In this document: piece by piece, positions 8,861-21,998 of the stretch
Layout of the letters: each line of letters begins with the position of its first letter
Position numbering within the stretch: the first letter of the stretch is position 1
DNA from: Polyangiales bacterium
GTDB taxonomy: Bacteria; Myxococcota_A; Polyangia; Polyangiales; Ga0077539
NCBI GenBank assembly: GCA_044229975.1
Contig: JBGARZ010000003.1
Span: forward strand, 384,001-448,000
Direction of reading: 5' to 3'
DNA length: 64,000 nucleotides
Program-made: the position numbers and the translations under genes
Notes under the pieces: model-generated
Seen by the model: the letters and a program-made list of their open reading frames with translations, nothing else
Database searches by the model: none
What the model was told of the DNA's origin: nothing

Positions 8861-10147
8861 GTGAGAGTCGTTTCGAGAGCACCACTGCTCGCGCTGCTGG
8901 TCGCGATGGCGTGCTCTTCCCTCCCGACGGTCACGCCCGACGACCCTGAGCGCACCTGTGTGGCGACGCCCGGCCGGGCGTGGTGCGCGATGCAGTGCGT
9001 GACGCTCGCTGACGACGCGGCCCACTGCGGCGCCTGCGGCCACGCCTGCACCGACGGAACCGTGTGCGACGACGGTCGCTGCACGCGGCGCTTCGTCGAC
9101 CTGTCGTCGTCGTTCAATCACACGTGCGCGGTGGAGGTCGGCGGCGCGGTGTGGTGCTGGGGCGCCAACGAGGTCGGGCAGGCGGGCAACGGCGACCAGG
9201 CGCTCGCGCTCACCCGCGCCGCGCGGGCGGTGGGCATCACGGCGTCGCGGGTCTTCGCGGGCTTCACCCACGCCTGCGCGCGCACCACCGACGGAACGCT
9301 CCGCTGCTGGGGCGCCAACCCCCACAACGAGCTCGGCGACGGCGCGCCGGCGGCGCAGCGATTGGAGTCGGTGGTCGCCCGCGACGTGACGAACACCGCG
9401 ACCATGGCCGTGGGCGCAGCGTTTTCGTGCGCGGCGGACGAGGGCGGCGAGGCGCTGTGCTGGGGTTCGAACGAGTGGGGTGGCCTGGGCGACGGGCGCT
9501 CGGGGCGAAGGCAACCGGTCGCGCCCGTGGGGCTCGCGGGCATCACGGCGATGGGCGCGGGTTGGGGCCACGTCTGCGCACTGACGAACGAAGGGTCGGT
9601 GTGGTGCTGGGGCAGCCGCGGGTTCGCGCAGACCGGCGACGGGCGGATGGCGCCCATCACGGCGGTGGCGGTGGTTCCGGTGCCGACCATCGCGGAGGGC
9701 ATCGTGTCGCTGTCGGTGGGCAACACCGTCGCGTGCGCGCGGGCCAACGACGACCGCATCTGGTGCTGGGGCGACAACGCCCTGGGCTCGTCGGGCGACG
9801 GAACCACCGAGCGACGCTGGGCGCCCGCGGTCGTTCCTGGTCTGGAGGCGACGTCCCTCTGGGGCGGCTTCGCGACGTACTTCGCGCGACGCCGCGACGG
9901 CGTGCTGGTCGGTTGGGGCAAGAACGACGAGGGCGCGCTCGGCGTCGCCGGTGGCAACCAGCTGGTGCCCGTGACGGTGTTGGGTGAGCTCGCACCGCGG
10001 GTCGAGCGCATCGCCGCGGGTCAGACGCACGCGTGCGCGCTGCTGACGGATCAGACGGTGCGCTGCTGGGGCGGCAACAGGTTTGGCCAGGTGGGCAACG
10101 GCGCGACGGGCGCCCCGGTGCTGACGCCGACCGAGCCGACCTGGTGA
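8861..10147 (+). CDS. RCC1-repeat lipoprotein with N-terminal Cys-rich motif
   Basis: Lipobox-like 'VAMAC', 'HCGACGHAC', and about seven 'H.CA......CWG.N..G.LGDG' repeats. Confidence 0.9.
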   Translation: MRVVSRAPLLALLVAMACSSLPTVTPDDPERTCVATPGRAWCAMQCVTLADDAAHCGACGHACTDGTVCDDGRCTRRFVDLSSSFNHTCAVEVGGAVWCWGANEVGQAGNGDQALALTRAARAVGITASRVFAGFTHACARTTDGTLRCWGANPHNELGDGAPAAQRLESVVARDVTNTATMAVGAAFSCAADEGGEALCWGSNEWGGLGDGRSGRRQPVAPVGLAGITAMGAGWGHVCALTNEGSVWCWGSRGFAQTGDGRMAPITAVAVVPVPTIAEGIVSLSVGNTVACARANDDRIWCWGDNALGSSGDGTTERRWAPAVVPGLEATSLWGGFATYFARRRDGVLVGWGKNDEGALGVAGGNQLVPVTVLGELAPRVERIAAGQTHACALLTDQTVRCWGGNRFGQVGNGATGAPVLTPTEPTW

Positions 10148-10156
10148 CGTCGGCCG

Positions 10157-10385
10157 CTACCAGCGCGGCGACTGCGGCGTGAGCACCCGCGCCCCGAGCG
10201 CGCCGTCGCCGATCTGCCCTCGCACGTTGCTGCCCCAGCAGCGCACCGTCTGGTCACTCAGCAGCGCGCACCAGCGTCCGCGCATCGTCGGCGATGACCC
10301 GCGCAAAGTTCTCGCCCCAGCAGCGAGCGCGCCCTTCGGCGACGATCACACACGTGTGCGACCAGCCGGTGGCGACCGGTGTTCG
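10157..10385 (-). pseudogene. Fragmented remnant of an RCC1-repeat paralog, convergent with the intact copy
   Basis: The minus strand reads VATGWSHTCVIVAEGRARCWGENF...; after a frameshift near 10271 it reads CALLSDQTVRCWGSNVRGQIGDGALGARVLTPQSPRW*. The neighbour's C-terminus is CALLTDQTVRCWGGNRFGQVGNGATGAPVLTPTEPTW*. Confidence 0.8.
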
Positions 10386-10505
10386 ATCGGTCTCTTTGAC
10401 GATGGCTTCACGACACCGGAGCAGTCTTCACAGACTGAAGGCCCGCAGGGCCTTCCCGGGCAATGCCGTGGCCTTCAGGACGCGGAAGCGGGCGTAGCGC
10501 ACCGC

Positions 10506-11570
10506 CTAACCCTTCGGCGCCGCTGGCACGCGCGACAGGCGCATCATCCCGCTGAGGCGCGCCTCGTCCTCCTGCTCGCGCTCGGCGTCGCGCCAGCTCT
10601 CGCGCACCTTCGCCGCCACGTAGAGCGACGGGAAGGAGAGAAACAACCCGACGAGCCCGAAGAGGTGCTCGAAGAGGATGAGCGACGTGATGATGACGAA
10701 GCCCGGCAGCTTCACGTGCTGCGCCGTCAGCCGTGGTGAGAGGTAGTAGCTCTCGATCTTGTGGAGGATGAAGGTGCTCGCGAAGAAGACGCCGACGCCC
10801 ATCATCCCCTTGTGCGTGTACGCGAGGATCGCCATCACGACCCCCGACACCACGCCCCCCACCACCGGGATGAGCCCCATCACGAACAAGAACACCATCA
10901 ACGCCGGGATGCTCGGGAAGCGCATGAGCAGCAGCACGGGCAGCGTGAGCAGCGTGTTGACCAGCGCGACGATGACCTGGAGCTTCGCCGTGATGGCGAT
11001 GGCGTCACACAGGTAGCTGAAGTAGCGCATGAGGATGCGCGCGGGAGAGTCCTCGTCGAGCGACGAGCGCCAGTGCCCGAGCTCCTGACTCTCGATGAGA
11101 AACACCACGGACAGGATGAGCCCGATGACGACGTACACGGCGCTCTTCCCGACCGAGCCGAGGAAGCCCATCACGTCGCCCGCGTAGTGCTGCGCCCGCT
11201 CCAGGCCCTGCGTGGCGTGCTCGTTGACGGTGTGCTCCCAGCCGCGGTGGTGCAGCCATTCGCGCAGGTGGTGAAACTGCCCCGCGAGCTCGGCGCGGAG
11301 CTGCGGCACCGCGGGCACGACGCGCGTGTAGCCCATCACGCCGAGCAGCGTGAGCACGCCGAGCGCCACCACGATCTGCCCGATGACGGCCGCGGCGATG
11401 GGCACGCGGAAGCGGTCGTTGAGCCACCGGGCGCCCGTCCCCAGCGCGCGCTCGAAGAGCACGAAGAACACCAGCAGGATCGCCAGGTGCCGGAACAGGT
11501 ACAGGATGGTGAGGAACAGCCCGAGGACGAAGATCCGCCGCACGTTGCGGTCGGTGAACACCATTCGCAT
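10506..11570 (-). CDS. AI-2E family (PerM-like) transporter
   Basis: Multi-TM protein of ~354 aa with 'GLIPVVGG', 'HKIESYYLSPRL' and 'FGLVGLFLSFP'. Exact start uncertain. Confidence 0.85.
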   Translation of the reverse strand: MRMVFTDRNVRRIFVLGLFLTILYLFRHLAILLVFFVLFERALGTGARWLNDRFRVPIAAAVIGQIVVALGVLTLLGVMGYTRVVPAVPQLRAELAGQFHHLREWLHHRGWEHTVNEHATQGLERAQHYAGDVMGFLGSVGKSAVYVVIGLILSVVFLIESQELGHWRSSLDEDSPARILMRYFSYLCDAIAITAKLQVIVALVNTLLTLPVLLLMRFPSIPALMVFLFVMGLIPVVGGVVSGVVMAILAYTHKGMMGVGVFFASTFILHKIESYYLSPRLTAQHVKLPGFVIITSLILFEHLFGLVGLFLSFPSLYVAAKVRESWRDAEREQEDEARLSGMMRLSRVPAAPKG

Positions 11571-11609
11571 CACGGCCGGGGACGTTACACCCCAACACGC
11601 TCGAACAGA

Positions 11610-12340
<731 letters not shown>

Positions 12341-12344
<4 letters not shown>

Positions 12345-14011
12345 GAGAACCGAAGCCCCTCCACGGGTCGGAGCCGACCCGCGAGCACCGCCGGGAAGGT
12401 CGCTGCCAACAGGCAGATTCCCACCGAGGTCACAAACACCAGGCTGTAGTCGGCCGGCGCGATGAGCACCGGCAGGCGGTCGATGTAATAGACCTCGGGG
12501 TCGAGCGGAATCCCGACGTGCTTCATCACCATGGCCGAGAGCACCGCCGCGCTCGTGCCGAGCAGCGCCCCCACCACCCCGATGAGGCCGCCCACCGACA
12601 AGAACACCCGCGTGATGAACCCGTCGCTCGCCCCCATGGCCTTGAGCACGGCGATCTCGCGCCCCTTCTCGGTCACCAGCAGAAGAAGCGTGGCGACGAT
12701 GCTGAAGCTCGCGACGACGATGGCCACGGTGAGCAGCAGCCAGATGAGGAGCTTCTCCAGCTTGAGGGCGCGGAAGAGGTTCTGGTTGAGCTTCTTCCAG
12801 TCGCGCACGCGGAGGTGGACGGGGTCCGCCCCGGGCGTCACGGCGGGCACCACGACGGCGCGCGCGGCGGGCGCCACGGCGGCCAGGACGCGGTCGGACT
12901 GGTCGACGTCGTGGAGCCGCACCTCGATGGCCGTGATGGCGCCCTCCTCGTGGCGGAAGAACTCGCGCGCCTCGGGCAGCAGCACGTACGCATACTTGGT
13001 GTCGTACTCGTACATGCCCGAGTAGAAGACCCCGGCGACGCGGAAGAGCCTCGTGCGGGGCATGCGACCGAAGGGCCCGTTGGAGCCGAAGGGCGACACC
13101 ACCCGCACCTCGTCGCCCGCCGTGAGGTGGAGGTTGGTCGCGAGCTCGCGGCCCACGATGATGTTGGGCATCGCGACGGTGGTCACGCTCGGCGAGAGCG
13201 GAGAGCTCGGGTCGCGGAAGCCGACGACACCGTCGAGGCGCGTGCGGGGCGTCTCGCGCTCGCCGCGGCCCGCGATGGGCTGCCGGTCTTCGGCGCGCAG
13301 GTGGTTGGGGAGCAGCGGGTCGCTCAGATACTCCAGGCGACCGCGGATGAGCCCGCGGCGCAGCGCCTCGGCCGAGCCGCGCTCGTTGGGGTCGATGCCG
13401 CGGAGGATCACCCCCGACAGGTTGGTCTGCGAGGTGACCATCACCTCACCCTGGATGAGCGTCGTCGCGGAGCTCACCTCGGGCTGCTGGCGGATGGTGC
13501 GGAGCAGCGGTTCCCAGTTCTTGAAGCCGCCGCGTTCGAGGTCGATCACGACGTGGGGGTTGTTGCCGAGGATCTTGTGCTTCAGGTCGTTGCCGAAGCC
13601 GCCCATGATCGAGATGGTCATGCAGAGCGCGAACGACCCGAGGCCCACGCCCAGGAAGGCCAGGAACGAGATGACCGTGAGGAAGCCGCTCTTGCGCGCG
13701 CGGAGCTGCCGCACGGCCACCATGAGCTCGGCGGCGAAGTGTTCGAGCCGGTCGAACATCCTGGGCATCCAGATGAGCGTGGAGAGGAAGTACGCCTCCA
13801 GCACGGACACCAGCACTCCGACGCGCATCGCCACGAACGAGAGCGACGGCGACGCGTGGGCGCCCGTCGGCTCCATGCGCGCGGCGCCCTTGAGGAACAC
13901 CACCGACAGCGCCACGCACAGGACCATCCACCCGGCGTAGAGCCAGCGCTTGCGCGACTCCGAGCGCTGGAGGCGCGCCAACGCCCAGAGGAAGATCAGG
14001 TCAACGGCCAT
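12341..14011 (-). CDS. Lipoprotein-releasing ABC permease, LolC/E family, with extra N-terminal TM region
   Basis: '[17 protein letters not shown]...SIMGGF', 'ALKLEK', '[15 protein letters not shown]' and 'VYYIDRLP'. Confidence 0.9.
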
Positions 14012-15611
14012 CGGCCTCGGGGCGCAGCAGCGGGAAGAGCACCACGTCGCGGATGCTCTTCTGTCCCGTGAGCAGCATCACGAGGCGATCGACGCCGAGG
14101 CCGAAGCCCGCCGTCGGCGGCATGCCGTGGGAGAGCGCGCGGATGTAGTCGTCGTCGAAGTCCATGGCCTCATCGTCGCCCCGCGCCCGGTTGTCGAGCT
14201 GCCCCTTGAAGCGCTCGGCCTGGTCATCGGGGTCGTTGAGCTCGCTAAACGCGTTGGCCAGCTCCCTCCCATCCACGAAGAGTTCGAATCGGTCGGTGAA
14301 GGTCACCGGGTAGTCCGGGGCGTACTCCGCGGCCTGCTTGTCCGCGTCCTTCTTGCGCGCCAGCGGCGACACATCGAACGGATAGTCGATAATGAAGACC
14401 GGCACGCTCTGCCCGCCGTCGTCGGTGCGGTAGTCGTCGACGAGCGACCCTTCGGCGAAGAGCTCGAACATCGCGAAGAGCAGCTCGCCCGCCGTCGTGC
14501 ACTTGTTGAGATACTCGCGGTGCTCACGTTGGAGCGGTGTGGCGAGAACGGCCGAGCGGGTCGTCCCCCACCTCGCGAGCCCGGCGCCCGCGCCCCACGC
14601 CTCGACGAGCTCGGGGTGGCGCAATGACAGGGCGTGCGTGACGGCGTCGAGCATCCGAACGCGACGCCAAGGGCGCGCGAGGGAGAAGCCGCGGCCGTGG
14701 GTGAAGCGCGGGAGCTTCGCGCCGAGGCGGGCGTCGACGTGGGTGACGAGCTCTTCGGTCTCGTCCATGAGCACCCGGTACGTCGCGTACGCCTGGTAGA
14801 ACTCCAGGATGGTGAACTCCGGGTTGTGCCGCGTGGAGAGGCCCTCGTTGCGCCACACGCGGCCGATCTCGTAGACGCGCTCCAGGCCGCCGACGATGAG
14901 CCGCTTCAGGTAGAGCTCGGGGGCGACGCGGAGGTACAGGTCGAGGTCGAGCGCGTTGTGGTGCGTGGTGAAGGGCTTGGCCGTCGCCCCGCCGCGGACG
15001 GCGTTGAGCGTCGGGGTCTCCACCTCGATGAAGTCGCGGTCGTCGAGCCACTCGCGCAGCGCCTTCACGATGAGCGAGCGCGCGCGAAACACCTCGTTGA
15101 CCTCGGGGTAGTTGGCGATGAGGTCGGTGTACCGCTGGCGGTACCGGGTCTCGACCTCGCTGATACCGAACCACTCGCTCGGGATGGGCGTGAAGCTCTT
15201 GGTGAGCGGGCGCAGCGAGCGCGCGAGCACCGACAGCTCCAGCAGCCGCGTTCGCATCGCGGGACCCTCGACGAGGATGATGTCGCCGAGGTCGATCTCC
15301 TTGAGGAGGGAGAAGTCCTCGCCCAGGTCGCGCGCCGAGCAGAAGAGCTGGATCTCCCCGGAGCCATCGCGCAGCTTGATGAACACCAGCTTGCCCGTGT
15401 CGCGCAGGGCGACCACGCGGCCGGCGACGCGGTAGCTCTTCGCGTCGGGCTCGGCGTTGAACGCGGCGGTCTGCGCGGCGTGGGCCTCGCGGATGCTCGC
15501 GGTCGAATCGAGGGGCCCAGGGTCGTTGCCGAAGGGCATGTGACCGCGGGCGCGCCAGGCTTCGGCCTTCGCGCGCCGCACGGATTCGAGGGTGTTGGTC
15601 GTGTCGCTCAT
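14001..15611 (-). CDS. lysS: Lysine--tRNA ligase (class II)
   Basis: '[11 protein letters not shown]', '[15 protein letters not shown]', '[13 protein letters not shown]', '[14 protein letters not shown]' and '[15 protein letters not shown]'. Confidence 0.97.
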   Translation of the reverse strand: MSDTTNTLESVRRAKAEAWRARGHMPFGNDPGPLDSTASIREAHAAQTAAFNAEPDAKSYRVAGRVVALRDTGKLVFIKLRDGSGEIQLFCSARDLGEDFSLLKEIDLGDIILVEGPAMRTRLLELSVLARSLRPLTKSFTPIPSEWFGISEVETRYRQRYTDLIANYPEVNEVFRARSLIVKALREWLDDRDFIEVETPTLNAVRGGATAKPFTTHHNALDLDLYLRVAPELYLKRLIVGGLERVYEIGRVWRNEGLSTRHNPEFTILEFYQAYATYRVLMDETEELVTHVDARLGAKLPRFTHGRGFSLARPWRRVRMLDAVTHALSLRHPELVEAWGAGAGLARWGTTRSAVLATPLQREHREYLNKCTTAGELLFAMFELFAEGSLVDDYRTDDGGQSVPVFIIDYPFDVSPLARKKDADKQAAEYAPDYPVTFTDRFELFVDGRELANAFSELNDPDDQAERFKGQLDNRARGDDEAMDFDDDYIRALSHGMPPTAGFGLGVDRLVMLLTGQKSIRDVVLFPLLRPEADGR

Positions 15612-15653
15612 CGGGAGGGAGGGGCTTTATACAGACCCTCGCCCCAACGGTCA

Positions 15654-15683
15654 CGCGCCGCGCTGACGCTGCGGCGTAGGCCC
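15654..15683. repeat. Dispersed copy of part of the 304-473 palindrome arm
   Basis: CGCGCCGCGCTGACGCTGCGGCGTAGGCCC matches 415-444 (CGCGCCGCGCTAACGCCGCGGCGTAGGCCC) at 28/30; intergenic between prfB and lysS. Confidence 0.75.
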
Positions 15684-15716
15684 GACCTCGCAGCGGTCAG
15701 GCCCGCCGGTCGATCG

Positions 15717-16833
15717 CTAGGCGTTGGCGGTCTTCTGCTTCATCGCGCCGAGGAGCGACGACTCGATGAAGGGGTCGAGGTCGCCGTCGAGCACCGCCGA
15801 GATGTTGCTCGTCTCGTGCTCGCTGCGGAGGTCCTTCACGAGCTGGTACGGCGCCATCACGTAGTTGCGCACCTGGTGCCCGAACGCGATGTCCGACTTG
15901 TTGGACTCGAACTTCCCCTTGAAGGCGTCTTCGCGGATCTGCTTCTCCCGCGCGTACAGCTTGCCCTTCAGGGTCTTGAGCGCGATGCGGCGGTTTTCGT
16001 GCTGCGAGCGCTCGCTCTGGCACTTCACCACGATGCCGGTGGCCTTGTGCGTGAGGCGCACGGCCGTCTCGACCTTGTTGACGTTCTGCCCGCCTTTGCC
16101 GCCCGAGCGGAAGGTGTCGGTCTCGTAGTCGCCGTCCTTCAGCTCGATCTCGAACTCCTCGTCGAGGTCGGGCGTCACGGCCACCGCCGCGAAGGCCGTC
16201 TGCCGCCGCGCGTTGCCGTCGAAGGGCGAGATGCGCACCAGGCGATGAACCCCGTTTTCGTGCTTCAGATACCCGAAGGCGTTGACCCCCGTGACCTGAA
16301 ACGAAACGCTCTTCAGGCCCGCTTCTTCGCCTTCGGTCTCGTCGAGGAGCTTCACCGTGAAGCCGCGCCCCTCCGCCCACCGGCCGTACATCCGGAAGAG
16401 CATCTGGCACCAGTCCATGGCGTCGACGCCGCCCGCGCCGGCGTTGATCTCGACGATGGCGTCGACCTTGTCCTCGGGCTCGGCCAGCATCTGGTCGAGC
16501 TCCATCTTGTGGGTGCGCTCGTCGATCTTCGCGGCGGCCACGGCCACCTCGGCGCCGACGCTCTCGTCGTTCTCCGCCGCGGCCATCTCCAGCAGCTCGG
16601 AGGCGTCGCTCACCTCGCGCTGGAGCGCCTCCACCCGCTGCACCATCGCCTCCTTGTCGGAGCGCTCCTTCAGGAGCTTCTGGCTGTCTGGGCGGTTCCA
16701 GAAGTCCGGGTTGGCGCTCTCGGCATCGATCTCTTCCACGCGCTTCTTCAGCCGTGGAAGGTCAAAGATGCCTCCCGAGGTTCTCTGCCCGGCGGGCGAG
16801 ATCCTCTAACTGGTTTCGGGTGTCGCTGATCAT
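15717..16833 (-). CDS. prfB: Peptide chain release factor 2 (programmed +1 frameshift)
   Basis: SPF ('RISPFD') and GGQ motifs. The short first [26 protein letters not shown] starts at ATG 16833 and joins the main frame via CTT-TGA-C. Confidence 0.97.
16761..16776 (-). promoter_or_regulatory. prfB +1 frameshift site with internal Shine-Dalgarno
   Basis: The minus strand reads GGGAGG CAT CTT TGA C, the canonical RF2 autoregulatory slippery site. Confidence 0.95.
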
Positions 16834-16908
16834 GGCGGCGGAGGCTCTACCTCCGCCCGCCGACGGGGTCAACGAAACCTGCGCGACCGGGTTATCGTCC
16901 CCGCCATC

Positions 16909-18589
16909 ATGGAACCCTCCGTCGACGTTCTGGTCATCGGCGCCGGCCCCACCGGCCTCACGCTCGCGAGCGAGCTCCTGCACCGCGGCCTCACGGTGCG
17001 CGTCGTCGACCAGACCGAGACGCCTGCGCCCTGGTCGCGCGCCATCGGCGTGCACGCGCGCTCGCTGGAGATCCTGCGCGAGATGGGCGTCGCCGACGCG
17101 CTCATCGCCCGCGGCCAGAAGCTCCACGGCGCGACCCTCTGGTCGGGCGGCGAGACCCTCGCGCGCCTCGACTTCGCCGAGCTCGACACGGCGTATCCCT
17201 TCCTCCTCGCGGTGCCACAACCCGACACCGAAGCGGTGCTCCACGACCTCCTGGTCGCGCGTGGCGGCAAGGTCGAGCGGGGTGTCTCGTTGCGCTCCTT
17301 CCGCCAGGACGGGTGCGGCGTCACGGCCATCATCGCGAAGGGCGATGAGACCGAGACCGTGCGCGCTGCGTGGATGGTCGGCTGCGACGGCGCACACAGC
17401 ACCGTCCGCAAGGGACTCGACCTCGCCTTCGAGGGCGACACCTACGAAGACCGCTTCCTGCTCGCCGACGTGAAGGTGGCCTGGGACACCCGCGACGACC
17501 GCATCTCCACGTACTTCTCCGACGACGGCCTCGTGGCGTGCTTCCCCCTCCCCGGCGGTCGCTGGCGGCTCATCCTGACCGCGACCGCGGGCGACGACTC
17601 CACCGCGACCCCGACGCTCGATGAGCTCCAGACCCTCTTCGCGCGGCGCAGCGGCAGCGGCGGTGCGCTCTCCGACCTCGCGTGGGCGGCCCGCTTCCGC
17701 ATCCATTGTCGGCAGGTGACCAGCTACCGTGACGACCGCGTCTTCGTGGCTGGCGACGCGGCCCACATCCACAGCCCCGTCGGCGGCCAGGGGATGAACA
17801 CCGGCATCCAGGACGCCCACAACCTCGCGTGGAAGCTGGCGGCCGTGCACCGCGGCGTCGCCCGCGATCGCCTGCTCGCCAGCTACCACGACGAGCGCCA
17901 CGCGGTGGGTCGCAGCGTGCTGCGCGGCACCGACGTCGCCACCAAGGTGGGCACGCTCAAGGCGCCTGCGGCGCGTGCGATGCGTGATCAGGTGGCGCGG
18001 ATGCTTACCAGCCTGGAGGTGATCCAGCACCGCGTGGCGCGCGAGGTGGCGGAGCTCACGGTGGCCTACGAAAACAGCGCGATCGTGGGAGAGCACTCGC
18101 AGGGCATCCTCCAGGGTCGCATCGGCACCGCGTCCGGCGCGGAGACGCCGACGGTGTCGTCCATCCGGCAGTTCGATGGCGCCGCGAGGGCGGGGCAGCG
18201 CGCGCCCGATGGCCGCGTGACCCGCGCGGGCGAGTCGGGCACGCGCCGCCTCCTCGACGTCATCGACCATCGCCGATGGAACCTCCTGCTCTTCGACGGT
18301 CGCAGCGAGAGCGCCGAGGGCTACGCGCGCTTCGCCGCCATCGCCGGCGCCGTCCGCGGTCGCTACGGCGAGGCGGTGGACGTCACCGTGGTCACGCCCA
18401 GCGCGACGCGGCCCGCGGAGGTTCCCGAGGGCATCGCGGTGCTGCTCGACCCCGACCACGAGCTGGAACGGGCCTACGGCGCCACCACCGAGTGCATGTA
18501 CCTGCTGCGGCCCGACCTCTACGTGGGCTACCGCTCGCAGCCCGCCGACGAGGCCCGCGTGCTGGCGTACCTCCGCCCGCTGCTGCGGG

Positions 18590-18618
<29 letters not shown>
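16909..18618 (+). CDS. FAD-dependent monooxygenase (FAD_binding_3, PheA/TfdB-like)
   Basis: 'VIGAGPTGL', 'VGCDGAHS', 'AGDAAHIHSPVGGQGMNTGIQDAHNLAWKL' and C-terminal 'LLRPDLYVG'. Confidence 0.93.
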
Positions 18619-19975
<1,357 letters not shown>

Positions 19976-20069
19976 GGGTCGGCAGAATACGCCGATCAGC
20001 GAAAACGGGTCTAGCGCGGTGTCAAAAGAGTGGCGGTGGGTCGACGAGCCCCCGGAGAGTCGGTGCGGA

Positions 20070-20573
20070 TCACGCGTCTTCCATCGGACGCGCGTTGCCC
20101 TTGAGCGCGTTGAGCAGCGCCTCGGCCTCGAAGCGGTCTTCGGCCGACGGTCGCCCCTTCACGAACCTCTCCAGGTACGCGATGGCCACCGCCTTGCGGC
20201 CCGTCTCGGCGTTGGCCACGCCCAGCAGGTGCAGCGTGTCGTCGTCGTTGGGGCTGATCTCCAGCGCGCGGTCGCCCGCGTCGATGGCCTCCTCGAAGCG
20301 GCCCAGTTCGTACAGGCACCACCCGCGATAGACGTGCGCCCCGAGGTGCTGCGGGTCGCGGTGCACCGCCTCGGAAAACGCCGCCAGCGCCGCGCCCGCC
20401 TTCTCGCGCCGCATCAGCGCGAGGCCCAGGTAGTAGTGCGCGTGCACGTTGCCCTCGTCGGCCAGCAGCACCTCGCGCAGCCCGCGCAGCGCGCCGTCCA
20501 CGTCGTCTTCGTGGAGAAGCTCGATCGACTCCTCGACGGCCGCCCAGCGTGCCTCATCGGTCCGTTGCACCAT
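20070..20573 (-). CDS. Tetratricopeptide repeat protein
   Basis: TPR-like helices 'AHYYLGLAL', 'AHVYRGWCLYELGRFEEAI' and 'LHLLGVANAETG'. Confidence 0.85.
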   Translation of the reverse strand: MVQRTDEARWAAVEESIELLHEDDVDGALRGLREVLLADEGNVHAHYYLGLALMRREKAGAALAAFSEAVHRDPQHLGAHVYRGWCLYELGRFEEAIDAGDRALEISPNDDDTLHLLGVANAETGRKAVAIAYLERFVKGRPSAEDRFEAEALLNALKGNARPMEDA

Positions 20574-20586
20574 CCCTCGTCTCCTC

Positions 20587-21987
20587 TCAGCTCTTGCGCT
20601 CATCGTCGTCGTCGGCCTGCGCCTCGCCCAGCCACCGTTGGATGGTGCGGCGGTCGACCCCGAGCAGCCGGGCCGTGCGCTTCTTGTTGTTGCCCGTGCG
20701 CTCCAGCACCCGGTGCACGTAGGCCATGGTCAGCTCGTCGAGGGTCATCTCGCGCTCGGCCGCGGTCGTCAGGAAGTCCGGCGCCGCGGGGTGCGCGAGC
20801 GACGCCGGCAGATCGTCGGGCGAGACCCACTCCTCGCGGGCCAGGGCCACCGCGCGCTCCACGGCGTTCTCGAGCTCGCGCACGTTTCCGGGCCAGTGAT
20901 AGGCCTCCATCATCCGCAGGGCCGCGCCCGAGAAGCCCCGCAGCGAGCGGCCCGACCGCGCCGCCACCCGCCGCAGGAAGTGCTCCGCCAGCGGCACCAC
21001 GTCCTCGGGCCGATCGCGCAACGGCGGAACCCCGATGTCGATCACCGCGAGCCGGTAGAAGAGGTCGGCCCGGAAGCGCCCGTCGGCCACCGCCTTGCGC
21101 AGGTCGTGGTGCGTCGCGGTGACCACCCGCGCGTCGAAGCGCTCCAGCTTCGTCCCTCCAACGGGACGCACCTCGCGCTCGGCCAGCGCCCGCAGGAGCT
21201 TCGTCTGGAGCGACAGCGGCAGGTCACCGATCTCATCGAGGAAGACCGTTCCGCCCTGCGCCTCGCGCAATAGACCGGGTCGGTCGACCTTGGCGTCGGT
21301 GAAGGCGCCGCGCACCACGCCGAAGAGCTCGCTCTCCAGCAGCGTGTCGGGAATCGCCGCGCAGTTGATCGGGACGAAGGGACCCGCCGACCGCCGGCTC
21401 TCGGCGTGCAGCGCCCGCGCGATGAGCTCCTTGCCGCAGCCGCTCGGCCCCGTGACGAGCACGTTGGCCAGCGTGTCCGCCACGCGCTTCACCAGGTCGG
21501 AGATCTCCGCGAGCGCGTTGCTGCGACCGACCATTCCGCCGACGAGAAAGCGCGCCTCGCCCACCTCGCTGCGCAGCCGACGCACCTCCGAGCGCAGCGC
21601 CGTGGCCTCCAGCGCGCGGTCGACCGCCACGCGCAGCGTCTGCGGCTCGAAGGGCTTGGTCACGAAGTCGTAGGCGCCCAGGCGCAGCGCGCGCACCGCC
21701 GTCTCGATGCTGCCGAAGGCCGTGATGGCGATGACCGACACCCGCGGGTCGAAGGCGCGCACCCGCTCGATGAGCTCGAAGCCGTCCATGCCGACCATGT
21801 TCATGTCGGTGACCACGAGGTCGGGCGCGCGCTCCTCCACCGCCGCCAGCGCCGACGCGCCGTCGTTGAACACCGTCACCTGATGCCCGGCCGCCGTGAG
21901 CAGCTCTTGCAGGAAGGCCGCGAGGTCGGCGTCGTCGTCGACCACGAAGAGGCGCCCGCGCGGGGGCTTCGGCACCGGGTTGGGCAT
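20587..21987 (-). CDS. Sigma54-dependent response regulator (NtrC/AtoC family)
   Basis: Receiver 'VVDDD...VTDMNM...TKPF'; AAA+ 'GPSGCGKE', 'ESELFG', 'GAFTDA', 'FLDEIG', 'WPGNVRELEN'; Fis-type HTH. Start at ATG 21987. Confidence 0.95.
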   Translation of the reverse strand: MPNPVPKPPRGRLFVVDDDADLAAFLQELLTAAGHQVTVFNDGASALAAVEERAPDLVVTDMNMVGMDGFELIERVRAFDPRVSVIAITAFGSIETAVRALRLGAYDFVTKPFEPQTLRVAVDRALEATALRSEVRRLRSEVGEARFLVGGMVGRSNALAEISDLVKRVADTLANVLVTGPSGCGKELIARALHAESRRSAGPFVPINCAAIPDTLLESELFGVVRGAFTDAKVDRPGLLREAQGGTVFLDEIGDLPLSLQTKLLRALAEREVRPVGGTKLERFDARVVTATHHDLRKAVADGRFRADLFYRLAVIDIGVPPLRDRPEDVVPLAEHFLRRVAARSGRSLRGFSGAALRMMEAYHWPGNVRELENAVERAVALAREEWVSPDDLPASLAHPAAPDFLTTAAEREMTLDELTMAYVHRVLERTGNNKKRTARLLGVDRRTIQRWLGEAQADDDDERKS

Positions 21988-21998
21988 GTCAGTGTTCC

